Under the pieces are notes generated by a model that worked only from the letters and a program-made list of their open reading frames with translations, had not been told where the DNA came from and ran no database searches. Below are positions 38,309 through 50,800 of a stretch of 55,214 bases of DNA, piece by piece. Within the stretch, counting starts at the first letter, position 1. Each line of letters begins with the position of its first letter. Position numbers and translations under genes: made by a program. The DNA is from Girardia tigrina (Eukaryota): contig MQRK01227422.1 of NCBI GenBank assembly GCA_001938485.1, forward strand, positions 1 through 55,214. Direction: 5' to 3'.

Positions 38309-38946
38309 TAACAAACACCATTTTAAAAGTTTTTTATTTCTCAAAATATGTTTCGCCATTACGGCATCATCAGTTGTGAAGTAAATTTCAAATTACAAGT
38401 CATTTATATGGCACATTGACTATTACACAATTAATCTTTTTTTAATTAATATTAAAAGATTTTAACATGATTGGATAATTCACTTTGAACATTTAAGTAT
38501 GTTTAAAATGCTTTATTAATAATGCCTCAGTGACTATCATCTCATGATATTCCTACTATTCCTACTCATTTGGGTTTGTTCAGCTATTCTAGTGCGGAGA
38601 TGACGATTTGTTTCTCCAATGTACAAGGATTCACACTTGTGACATTTAAATTGATATACTAGATTAGCTTGGACACCCGATGGAGTTTTTGATTTATTTG
38701 AGAAATATCTCGATAGTTTATTAGTTATAAAGATCACCCGCAAATTAAAACCTGAAGGAACCTTTTTCATCAGACCTTTCCTCAAATCAGACGCACCTTC
38801 AGAAAATGGTAATTTTAAATTTATTGTTTTTATTACATTACTACTATCATTATTTATAATGTTTTCATTTTTATTATTAGATGATGCCGTAATGGCGAAA
38901 CATGTTTTGAGAAATAAAAAACTTTTAAAATGGCGTTTGTTATTCA
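38306..38946 (-). mobile_element. 5'-truncated Penelope-like element: GIY-YIG endonuclease end, pLTR and an inverted partial pLTR, inserted in (TA)n
   Basis: ORF 38537-38947 contains NLVYQFKCHKCESLYIGETNRHLRTRIAEQ. 38306-38371 and 38880-38946 are inverted copies of each other. Flanked by TA runs. Confidence 0.92.
38338..38380 (-). ncRNA. Minimal type I hammerhead ribozyme (Penelope pLTR)
   Basis: Minus strand reads UUCACAA-CUGAUGA-UGCCGUAAUGGC-GAAAC-AUAUU-UUGAGAA, giving the catalytic core, stem II and stem I (one mismatch). The inverted copy retains the palindromic ACAUGU in stem III. Confidence 0.85.
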
Positions 38947-41254
38947 TATATATATATACATATGAAATTAATAATTTTGCATTTTACATAGACTTTTAAA
39001 ACAATTTTTAATTTTCCCTTGTTTGTGAATTCGACAATTTCACAAATTCAGAATAACATATATATCATGCTGTGGCGATTCGGAATGTCAATGATCAAAA
39101 AAATTAATTAAACTTAAAATTTGTAATCAAAAATTAAATTTTGTATTAAAATAAAAACAAAATAAATTGCGAACATTACAAAAATAATAAATGATGTTTG
39201 ACATTTTTTATCAATAAATTTTAATTGATGTACAATCGCTTTTCCTTTTTTCCACACAACTGCCAATTCGCAAACGATGCAATGGGACCTTTCACCGCTG
39301 ATTGGTTAACCAATTAGAACGAGTTTTCACAATTTTCTTTCTTCATATGACAACACACCAGTCTGGCTCTCTCCTTTAATAAAAATAATAATTACTCGTT
39401 ACACATACTGGCTGAAAATTAAAATGACTCGATAAGTCCATCGACTAAAATGTCAAACGACAGGCAACAGTCCGAAAAAAGACATCTTTTGTGTTCGATT
39501 ATTTTAAAATTCTTTTTTTATATAAATTATTTTATATCTTATTTAATTATTTTCTTTTTTTAATTTTTACCTTTAAATGTTAATCATTTATCTTTATTTT
39601 ATTTAATCTTTTTAAATTATTTTTCTTTTAGTTTGTAATTATGTAATTTATTTTCTTTTAAATTTAATTTGAAACATATCAAATATATATTAAAAAAGGA
39701 GAATTAAAGCAATAAAAAATCAGAGATAAATTTCAGTGATGGTATAGATCATTTTGATCATTCAATGGTATAGATCATATATTTTCTCGATTGGAATTTT
39801 TATGACTTTAATAAAAAAAATAAATTATAAATATAATATATTTTCACGTTAATTCAAGAAAACTTCATAAATATAATCTAAATCCAAATTTTGTTCGTAT
39901 ATCAACATAAAATTGCTATTTGAATAACAAAATATTTTTTAATGAAAAACTCAATAAGATTATAACTTATTATTTTATCAATTAAAGAAAAATAATAAAT
40001 AATTATATATATATATATTTAGCCTAAATAATGTAATAATAATACAATTTTAATTAATTTATATTAAAATATGAAATAATATATGAAATTATTTTTAAAT
40101 ATTTTATTATCTTGAATTTATCTTATGATCTCATTTTTTTATAAAATTTACTATTGTTGACTGAGAGTAATAAAGAATTAATTGTTTCACTGAAAAAATG
40201 ATATTCTTTTGAATATTGAAACGAAGGATTTTTTTTATAAAAATAAAAACAAAATAATCAACAATTAACATCTGCCAACATTTACTTTTCAAGAGTCACT
40301 TTTTATTATATTACTTTTTATCAAAACAAAATTTGTTTTTCTTTTATAAAATAAAAGAATGTTTATCTAATAATATTCATATTTAGCAAAATATATTTTT
40401 AATTAAGAAAAAAAATAATAATTAAATCATAATAATTAATTATTTAATTAATTCAAAAGAATTTTTAATTCTTCAAAAATTAAATCTTATTTTCAAGTCT
40501 TATGATAGAAAAACTCGGTTTTTTAATAGAAACTGAGATAATTAAGAGAAAAGAACATCCTCTTGACCTAAAAGTTTCTTTAACTTGGATTTAATTAATG
40601 TTGTATCAAACGTGAAGCAAAAGAAAACTGAGAATAAATAATTATTTCTTTTCCAATGAAAAAAGCCCTACGATATTAATTGTCTTCATATGGTGAGCCT
40701 AGATTTAATCAGTGACTATTTTATCCAACGTCTGGGTTTTGGTTTGTTAATGAATGAGCAGAAATTATAAACTTTATAGGAGTTTTTAGAAATGTCTTAA
40801 TCAATTGAAAATAATCAGTAAAAATATACTTTCATGTTAAAAAAGCACAAAAAAATCTATTTTTTAATATTTTATGGTGCATTTCATATTCTCATTAAAA
40901 TAATTAAAAAATAAATTTTAATTAAAAAAAGTCTCGAAAACCGAGATGATCTAATTCCTATAGGCAAACTAAATTGATCTAAAATTTGATAAAATTCATT
41001 AATGATATTTTTACATGAAAGGAATTTTGATCCTAAATTATTTGACTTGAAAATATTTTACAATATATAATTTATTTTAATTTCTATTTTCATTAAATAA
41101 ATACTTTTTTTATTTCATTTATATTTTACAAAAAATAGATAAATTATAAAAATATTTTATGAAATAAATTATAATTTTTTGTAATAATTCTTGTTAATAA
41201 ATTGAAAATTACTGTTATTTTGATCTCGTGATCACTGGGACAAGACACCTTACT

Positions 41255-41628
41255 GACATGTTTATCACTGCTGATACACTGCCTGCCGTTTCTTTACCTC
41301 AGTAGAATCTTTCGCCTTATTGCAGTTGGTAAGACTGATCTCAAGAGCCGATCAAAAATCATCGTACAGCTCGTCGAGTCATCCTGACTTCCAATAAACC
41401 TTTCCGCGCCAATAGAAGGCCTTGAGCTAGCGTGCCCCTTGCACAGCACTACCGAGCAGTTATCCACGGCCGGAGCAAATGTGTGCTTCCGTAACAGACA
41501 TTTTGCAACAGCCGATCGCACCCCCAATTTCATCAACCCTGTACTTGTGTACCCATAAGAGGCTAAACTCCCATACACTCAGATCAGTCTCAGTCCAACT
41601 TCATAGTTCATCATCGTCACTCTCAATC
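41255..41628 (-). pseudogene. TPR-domain fragment of the FKBP/cyclophilin-40 co-chaperone type
   Basis: MMNYEVGLRLI*...KLGVRSAVAKCLLRKHTFAPAVDNCSVVLCK / frameshift / LKAFYWRGKVYWKSG*LDELYDDF*SALEISLTN..KAKDSTEVKKRQ matches the three-TPR pattern. Confidence 0.7.
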
Positions 41629-42139
41629 TATTTAATTTTAATTATTCGTTCCCCTTCCCTAGATAATGATCGTCCAATTGACATACATACTTGTCATTCT
41701 ATCTCATCAACGGCGCTTTCTCCAGTCGATTTATCGTCAGGAAAAATAGTATCAAGTCCAATTTTTAATATTTATTGTTGTGTTCACTAAATCGGATCAT
41801 CAGCAGCAACCAATTAAGAGTTTTTTTTCAGGTGATATGTAATTCAATTTTTTGATTTTTAATTTTGAAAATATTTCTTAATTGGATTTGCGACCCCTGA
41901 AATTTTTGAGATTAGAAAAATTCAAACGAGCATTACAAAAAATTCTAATACAATTAACAATTAAAAAAATTATAATTATCGAAAAAACTTTAAATGAATT
42001 AATATTGGTAATTGTTTTAATAAATACATTTTTTTATCGCGGTCTTTAAATTTGTTTTCTTTCGTAATTAAATATTTGAAACCATTCTAATAATAAGAAG
42101 GCCACTGTTTCAACAAGCGCGATTTTTAAAGAAGTCGAG

Positions 42140-42945
42140 ATGGACAACTCTCAGTTCTCCGAAATGCTTGGAGCGGTCGATAAATTTTTTTCTCACCGAG
42201 AAATCACCGAAGACGACATCAAATCGCTTCAGGAGAATATTAACACGAATAATATTTTTTCAAATCATTCCAATGAGAATTTCATCAGAAATTGTCAAAT
42301 CTCTCTTCCGATTCTCCATCAACCGACGTTTCCATTCACCGCGAATTCCGCGAAAAGGTTGTCGTATTTAACGAATGGCAGTCCGATAGTCGGGACGGAG
42401 TTTTTGTCCGATTGCTGCTCGTCGACATCGATCGTTTCTTCCTCAATCAATAACGGCCACAATTCCAATAACAATCGAAAAATAATCACAGCCAGATCGA
42501 ATTCGAAATATTTGACGTCGAAAAAGGAAAAGCCGAAGAACTATCGGAATTGTCGTCGTTCCCGGTGAATTGCTATATGAATATCGGAGTGGTGGATTTG
42601 TCGTTGAGTTTCTCGGGGCCTCTACCAATCGCTCCGATTAACACCGGTAACCACAGCAACAACAACAATCAGAATCCAGTGAAATTCGTGTCCAATAACA
42701 ACAACAACTCGATAATCACCGCCAATAATCATTCGCTCATTCAAAAATCGTCGAATAACAACAGCAACTATCAGAACAACAATCACCACCAAAACGGATT
42801 CTGTCACGCGGGCGGCAAATCAAACGTGATCGGGACGGACGCGATCATTTACGCGACCGATATCGGTGACTCTGGTCACATCATTTATTATCGCGAATCG
42901 TGCCTCTTTGCTAACGCTCCTCATCGATACACACCTCTTGATTAG
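42140..42945 (+). CDS. Probable exon or gene of unknown function, Asn/Ser-rich, with one apparent frameshift
   Basis: ORFs 42140-42568 and 42550-42945 join if one A is added to the A5 run at 42478-42482 (..NNRKNNHSQIEFEIFDVEKGKAEELSELSSFPVNCY..). CpG-rich codons and no other disruption. Confidence 0.6.
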
Positions 42946-43645
42946 TTTCAATCCAAGTTTAGCGATCTACAAAATTTTGAGAATTTTAACTCGAATTTTG
43001 AGTGATAATTTGAGGGTAAATGTGATGAACAATAAGTCTTGTTCCTGCAAAGGGATGATATTAGAGCAGGGTTTTGTTATCGATTTGAAGAATTTTATCA
43101 AATTTCGTTTTAATCAAATCACTGTTCATCGATTAGTATATCGAATTTACTGATTTAATAGAACTTTGCTCAAAAAATCAAAATGACTCAAAAATAAAAC
43201 ATACCACAATTTTTGTCAAAACAGATTGTTTTCAGAATTAAATTAATTGCTTTATTCATGTATCATTTGAAACATTAAATTAATATTTTATTCAATTTCG
43301 GAAACAAAATAGTTTTTACATAATATTAGTAAAGTTACTAATTACTAATTATCTTTTAGGCAATCAGATGAAGTATTTAGACTCGACCAAAAATTAGCAA
43401 CCGATTTTATTAAAATTTATAACAATAAACACGTAATCAGTCTTGGTTTATCTCAAAATGTAAGCTCAGCCAAATAATACGCATCTTTCCCATCCTAAAA
43501 TTACTTCCAATATACTTTTTGCATAAAATGTTTTTGGGTACAAAGTCGTTAAATCCGTGACAAGCTTCTGCAAATAATTTGCAAAATCATAGATTTTTAC
43601 TCAGAAAATTTACGTTTGATCGTCCGATATTTTCGGTTCTAGAAT

Positions 43646-43925
43646 AAAACATCACTGGACAAAATATCTTTAGAGTTAGGGTTAGGGTTAAGGGTTAGTA
43701 TTAGGGTTATGGTTAGGGTTAAGGTTCTGAATCTACATTTAAATTTGTTTCAGATAATAAGAATTAAAATATTAATCAACCATGTTGGTAGGAGAGACAC
43801 AATCCAAACATTTCTCACAATTAACATTTAGATTTTAAATGTTTAAAATATATTGCAATAATTTCATTGGTAATACTTGGCAATCATTGTCTTAGTGATA
43901 TAGTGTCCTGTGGTGTTTTTTCCGA
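43646..43925. mobile_element. MITE-like element containing degenerate TTAGGG repeats
   Basis: AAAACATCACTGGACAAAATATC (43646-43668) is an imperfect inverse of GATATAGTGTCCTGTGGTGTTTT (43897-43919). A TTAGGG-like array lies at 43670-43727. Confidence 0.6.
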
Positions 43926-44049
43926 TTATAAATATGTTTTTACCGATAAAAAGGTATCATCTTTTTAATTATGTTCGAAAATTGTATTAAATCAGCTAAA
44001 GTATGTTGTAAAAAATAATTAAATTTTAGATTTCCTAATCGCTTTATTA

Positions 44050-44096
<47 letters not shown>

Positions 44097-45199
44097 ATAT
44101 GGAATAAAATATCCTTTCAAACTTCTGAAGTTATTTCTAATTAATTTTTGATATGAAAAACTTCTAATTAAAATACATTTTTTCGAATATTAAGGAAATA
44201 AAATCATTAATTAATATTTATTTTCATTTTATTATTGTATTTTTTTAACTAATATTATTCGTTCGAAGATTTTCGAAATTATTTTTCAATGGTTATTTGT
44301 ACTTATTTGTAATAAAAACTGTTATAAAAGTCAAATAATTTATAATTTTAAAAAATGAAATTGTTATGCCATAAAAATTATGTTATTTTTTTAATTTAAT
44401 GTAAAAAAGAAAAACTTTATTTGTTTGAATTTCCTGAAAAAATTAAATGAATTTATATCAAAAAAAATTATATTTCGTTTTAATTCTTTTTTATTAAATA
44501 TTTAAACAAAAGCGAAAATTGAAATTTGTAAATTTGAAAATTATTTTCTCCACAAATATTTCGATTTTTGTTTTTTATAATTTTTAAATTAAAATATTAA
44601 ATTTAAAACAAAAATATAATTTAACCATTGATAAATTTTAAATTTAGTTTTTTTTCTGTTAAAACTTGATACAAAATTTTTAAATAATTAAAAAAAAACA
44701 TTTGATTTGTTTTTTAAATGTTTCTATATTGAAAAATCAGTTTTTATTAATCAATCATAATTTACATTTGTTCAAACTAAATAATCTGGTAGAATGAAAT
44801 TAAATTATATTCTTCTGTTTCTATTAAAATAATATAATAAAAAATAAGTTGTCAATGTAAATAATTAAAAAACGTTGGTAAGGTTTGCTTGAAAACAAAA
44901 TACTTCATATATATATATATATATATATTAAATATTTTGTTTTTAAGCTATGTTTACCAATGTTTTTTACTGCAAATAAATTAGTCAAATCATCAAGACA
45001 AAAATAAGAATTTTAAAGGACATAGTTATATAACATAAAGAGACCTTAATATGTGTAGTGACCTTCCTTATATTATATAAATATGAAAATTACATAAAAG
45101 ATTTAAAAAATCGATTTAAATATAGATTGTTGTTATAATATTGTAATTAAAATTTATTTGGAATAAATATTTATTATTGTTCTGTGGAATTTTTACTAA

Positions 45200-47220
45200 A
45201 AGTGGAAAAAAAACACATATTTCAAAAGATTAAAGAATCGGGCCTTCGGATAAACCCTGAAAAGTGTCAAAATGTCAAGAAAAACTATTAATACTAATAA
45301 TAACAACCAACAATTTTTTTCTAAAAGCGAATTAACATTAGAATCAACAAACGACAAAAAGATACATTTTGGGATACCAGACTGGTAAAATTAGTTGACC
45401 AACTCGGTAAAATTAATCACACAGACCAGAAAACATTATGCACAGCTACAATTAATAAATTACCAAGTAAAATTTTAAATGAAATAGCGGATAATTTCGA
45501 TGAAATATTAAACGACAAATATCCTTGGAACTCGCTACAAAACTGCATACTGAAAATATTTAAAATTAATAAGAAAAACATTTTCAACAACTTTATGAAC
45601 GATACAAGTATGGGTGATAGATCACCATATATGTATTTAAAAGTAATTAGAGAAAATTTAAAATTGTTGGATTGCGAAAACGAAGAAATGACCAAACTCG
45701 TTTTCATGAGATCTTTGCCAGATGCTACACGACTAATCTTGGCAGCTAATAAGAATAATACTTTGGATGAAATGGCGGAAATAGAAGATAATATACATGA
45801 GGAAAGAAAGAAGGAGGAAATTAACGATATTAATTTAGCATTGAAAGTTTGTAGCATTAACAACAACAAAAATATCGATATTAATAAAAAAATTAGACGA
45901 AATCTTAGTCAGACTAGGGAAATTAGAAATTTAGAATGAAAATCAAAAATTTAGAAAACCCGGAAAATACCCCGAAAATAATTTAAAATATGAAGAAAGA
46001 AACACCAAAGAAATGAACCCAAGGAATATTTCAAATACAGAATGTTGTTACTTCCATAACATATTCGGAAAGAATGCATACAAATGTATACCGCCGTGTA
46101 ATTATAAGAATTTAAACCGAAAGAGTCTCCCGCCAAAGCACCGAGGTGAGGAGACACAATAGCTTCAACATTTACGGTGCAACCAGTTAATAGTTCAAAG
46201 TTGTTTTTAGTTGACACAGGCTCTGTTTTATCAATTTTACCAATTAAATTTAATAAGAATCAGTCAATGGACAAATTAAAAGAACACATTTAATATTTTA
46301 CGCAGCTAATAACACACCTATACAAACTTTCGGATATAAAAAGCTTGATATAGTTCTTAATAACCGTTCTTTTCCATGGAATTTTTTGATCGCCGATGTT
46401 AACAAACCTATTTTAGGAGCAGACTTCCTTTCATATTATAACCTGTTAGTCGATTGTAGAAATAAACAAATAATCGGAAGAGATAAAGACGTCTAAATAA
46501 AACTAAAACCAACTTACGAATATAAAGTTGGAACAATCCAGTCTACAGAAACTGAGAAATTCCGAGATTTTTTTATAACTCAAATAGAAATAGAGATAAA
46601 ATAACGGATAACATCAAATAGTAGGTGGACATGAAATAGTAGGTGTAATGAAGTTTTCGAAAAATTTTCCACCTACTATTAAAATAGTAGGTGGAATCAA
46701 ATAGTAGATGTATCGTTTTTAAAGCAATTTATAAAAAAATATTTTTAAAAATGAAAAAAGAACTTTATAAAAATTAAAAAAAAAGAAACTGATCACAGTG
46801 ATAGTGAAGAAATATTAACTGATGATGCTTTTATTATCTATGATGAATAAATTCTTATTTTTCCAGTTTAATTCTTATTTATTTTTCAAGTTTAAGACAA
46901 GTTCAAAACAAAAGCACCAAATAGTAGGTGTAAACCAATATTGGGCGCCTTTTCAATTTTTTTTCCACCTACTATTAAAATAGTAGGTGTCCTACTATTT
47001 TATGTTATCCGTTAATTAAAAGTTTAGGAGATCATTATAACCAAAATAAAGACATTCTGGCAATCAATGTGAACAATGAGGTACAATCAAAATTAAAATC
47101 AGAAGATAATGATTTAACAAAAACATTAATAGACGAAACGACTGATCTAGAATTAAAACAAATATTAAAAACTTATCTTGTTAAACAATCGGAAAATAAT
47201 TATAAAACTAGACCCTTAAT
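45200..47220 (+). mobile_element. Gypsy gag-protease remnant, interrupted by a MITE
   Basis: MGDRSPYMYL..VFMRSLPDATRLIL (gag), CYFHNIFGKNAYKC.PPC, protease FLVDTGSVLSILP (~46205) and IADVNKPILGADFL. Confidence 0.88.
46602..47014. mobile_element. MITE, copy 2 (same family as 23613-24015)
   Basis: Same TIR and TA flanks; inserted into the Gypsy remnant. Confidence 0.92.
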
Positions 47221-47269
47221 CATATCTATTAATTATAATTAATAATATATCTATTAATTAAACTATTTC

Positions 47270-47350
47270 TAATTAAATACAGAACTGAAGATGTAACAAA
47301 AGTGGCGAAACATGTTTTATAATAAAAATTTTAAAATGAAATGGAGTTAT
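47270..47350 (+). mobile_element. Penelope-like pLTR relic with a hammerhead core
   Basis: AATTAAATACAGAA-CTGAAGA-TGTAACAAAAGTGGC-GAAAC-ATGTT (47285 onward); stem II is damaged. Confidence 0.65.
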
Positions 47351-47868
47351 TTGAGTTTAAATATTAATGTATTTATATTTCTAAAAATTATACTAAATAA
47401 ATACGATAATTATTTTTTTTGTCAAAAATTAAGATTCTTCTTAATAAAAATCTCTAATTATTTTGGATACATTCACTAAAACAAGTCGGTCGTTACAACG
47501 GAAAGTATTTTTTAATTTTTACTTATGTCACGTTGTCACAATTTTTTGTTTAGTTTAATATTTCTTTTTACTATATGAGAATGTTCGTATATTTTCGATA
47601 AAAAAAATCTGAAAAAAATAAAAATACATTTAGATGATATCATTTTTAGTCTTAATTAAAAATATTATATTTTTAATTCAAAATAAAATCCATAAAAAAC
47701 AATGTTTTAAGTAAAGTAATCAAATATAATTCAGTTATTCAATTATATGCTATAGCATAATTTTAATAATTTAAATAAAATAATATAATCTTTCTTAATT
47801 TTTTTAATAAAATTATATTATTACGAATAGAAAAATATTTTTTATAAATAATAAATAGGAAAATATAT

Positions 47869-50800
47869 TGTAAAGAACGCAACTAGATAATTAAATTTAT
47901 TATATAAAATATTGATCGGGGTTTGCTAACCAATTAAACTTGGAAATCTTCCCCTTTTATATTAAGGCATTTTTATATAATATACCCGGGGTCAGTTGAT
48001 GTAATTAAAGTTGACCTTGCAATTTCACATTCCGGTGATGTCATGACATATGAAATCCCCGGAATTTGAACTCTACTGATGTCATGAAATTTGACATCAT
48101 TGAAATTCAATATTACTGAATGCGGTGAGGAATGGCATCACCACAAATCCCCTTGGAGAAGAACGGAGTTCGGGGTGGTTCTTGTCTTGGGAAAAACCGA
48201 ATGCTGGCTTCAGAAGCTCGAGAGTGATGGTTTGTTGGGTATCTTGGGTTTTAATTTTTGCAACATTACCTTTAATAGAAATAACCGGAAATGTTCCAGT
48301 ATAACGAGGCTTCATATGATGGGTATCTTTTTCATGGATCCAGACAAACTTGACTGAGAGCACTGAACGTGACAGATGAGTTGATTTCTGGGCAGAATTG
48401 CCAAAAGATGGGTTTGTATCAGAGGAGAGGAAGTGTTTTCGGGCGGCTTGTAGAGCTTTGAGATCAGTTTTAATAGTTTCTCTAAAAAGCTCATCATGGA
48501 AAGCTGTTCCAGCTCCGAATAACATAACACTAGAATGAAAATTATTTCACCAACCTAATAACACGAGTGGAAGAGAATCATGCCAGTTTGAAGAGGTACC
48601 TAAACAACGTAGAGAAGTCTTTAAGGTTCGATGAAAACGCTGGACAAGACCGTTCGATTATGGGGATACGACGATACGAAAGGACATGTTTGAATCCAAG
48701 ACGTTTTGCAAGAGCCTGAAATAAATTGCTTTCGAATTGCCGATCTTGATCCGTGATAACTTGAGAAGGTACACCGTACCGAGTATAAAAGTGTTCACAA
48801 AATGTCTAGCAACATTTTCGGCAGAAATCGGGAAGATTGGAACTACTTCAGGCCATCTTGTTTTCCGATCAGTCATTGTTAAAATATATGAGCATCCATT
48901 TGAAGGTGGTAGTGCACCGACAATGTCTAGATGTACAATCTCAAAACGATTCCTTGTTGAAAAATCTGATAACTGGTGGTTTAATATGCTGAGTTACTTT
49001 CTGTTTTTGGCGATCGGTACATTATTGGCACCATATCTTGATGTTTGTCCAGACAAAACGAGTATGAATCAGCTCAAATGTTGCTTTTCGACCCGGATGG
49101 TGCAATTTGTGGAATTTTTCGAAGATGCGCATGCGTAAACCGGTAAGAACGGTGATTCTTCGGACACCGAGATCCACAGAATCATAAGTTATACCATCAG
49201 TGTCGGTATAATGATTTTGGAAATCAGCGAGCTCTTCTTTGGAAAGATTTTCAGACTGAAGCAACTCGAGAGCTGAATCTGGGAGAAGTGATATTGCTGA
49301 AACTGGATTTCTGGATAAAAAATCAGCAACAACATTTTACTTACCGGGAAGATGTGAAACTGCAAAATCAAATTGTGATAAATATAAAATCTGTCGATGT
49401 TGTCGAGGTGACGCGTTTTTCATTTTGATAAGGTGCACCAGCGACTTGTGATCGGTTAATAGCTCGAATGGGCGGCCTGAAACAAAATGTGAAAAAAGTG
49501 AAACAGCGTCATGATTTACTAGGAGTTCTCGATCAAATGCTTAATATCGGGTTTCAGTGTCTGAAAGCTGTCGAGAGAAGAATTCAATAGGTTCAAGGAT
49601 CTGTCCCTTTTTTGATGTAATGCAGCTACAATTGCAATATCGGATGCGTCGCAGGTTAACATTAACTGTAATGATGTGTCATAGAACATAAGAGTTGGAC
49701 AATCGGAAATTTTTTTCTGAATTTCTGAAAATAGGGAAGTTAAATCTTCAGTCCAATTGAGTTTGAGAGTCTTAGGTCCAGTTGAAAAGAATCATGTGGT
49801 AAGAATCGATGATAGAACTTTACCGTGCCTATAAAACTCCTGATTTGGGATACTGTGACTGGCAATGCGAGTTCATAGATTGCTTTTATCTGATCTAGGA
49901 TAGGAGCGATGCCGTCGGAATTGATTTGGAATCCAAGGAACTTCACTGAAGTCTGAAAAAAATACATTTTATTATTAATTTGGAGATTGATTTCATTCAA
50001 TCTAGTGAAAAGCGAATACAAAGTCTGAAAATGTTGATCTTAGTTATTTGATGCAATGAGAATATCGTCCAGATAAACGAAAACACCATCGAAGTCAGCT
50101 GTAACCGTATCAATGTAGCGCTGGAATGATTGATCTGCATTTCTTAGACCAAAAGGCATTCGAAGAAATTCAAATACGCCAAATGTGGTGATTATTGCAG
50201 TTTTCTCTATGTCCTCATCCGCGACGGGGATCTGGTGAAAAACTTTCTTCAAATCAATTTTTGAAAATACTTTTGAACCGGTGAGTCGATGATCAACGGC
50301 ATGGGATAGGAATCGTGCACTATGAGAGAATTTAACGCTTGATAATCTCCACATTGGCGAATGATTTGTCCGGCTTTTCGACAACATGAATAGCTGAGGC
50401 CCATGGGGAAGAAGAACGACGGGTGATACAGTCTTTCTGTAACTGTCGAAATTCTTCTTGAACTGCAGATCTGGATTTAACTGGAAGTTTGCGTCGCCTG
50501 TGCCTGACTAGATGACATGGCTTGGTGATTATTCGGTGAACCACCGGATAAACTGGAAAGAAAGCCGGATCACGGGACAAACATTTGGGAGCAGAATCTT
50601 TGATAAATGATTGTATAGAGGCCGTCTTTGAACAACTCGATATGATTGGTTATAAAGAAGTCGATGGGATCGAAATTTTGGAAAACGAATGAGCTTCAAT
50701 AATTTTATGAAACCTACAATCAACCGAAAAACCAGAACTGCTTAAGAAATCGGTTTCAAAAAGTGGGTGGACTGTGTCGACAACGGTGAAGGTAGACTGA

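Noticed and set aside
43670-43727. True chromosome end
   Set aside because: Short, degenerate and internal, embedded in a TIR-bounded element.
44055-44092. (TA)n microsatellites here and at ~18574, 36692, 38274, 44907
   Set aside because: Ordinary simple repeats.
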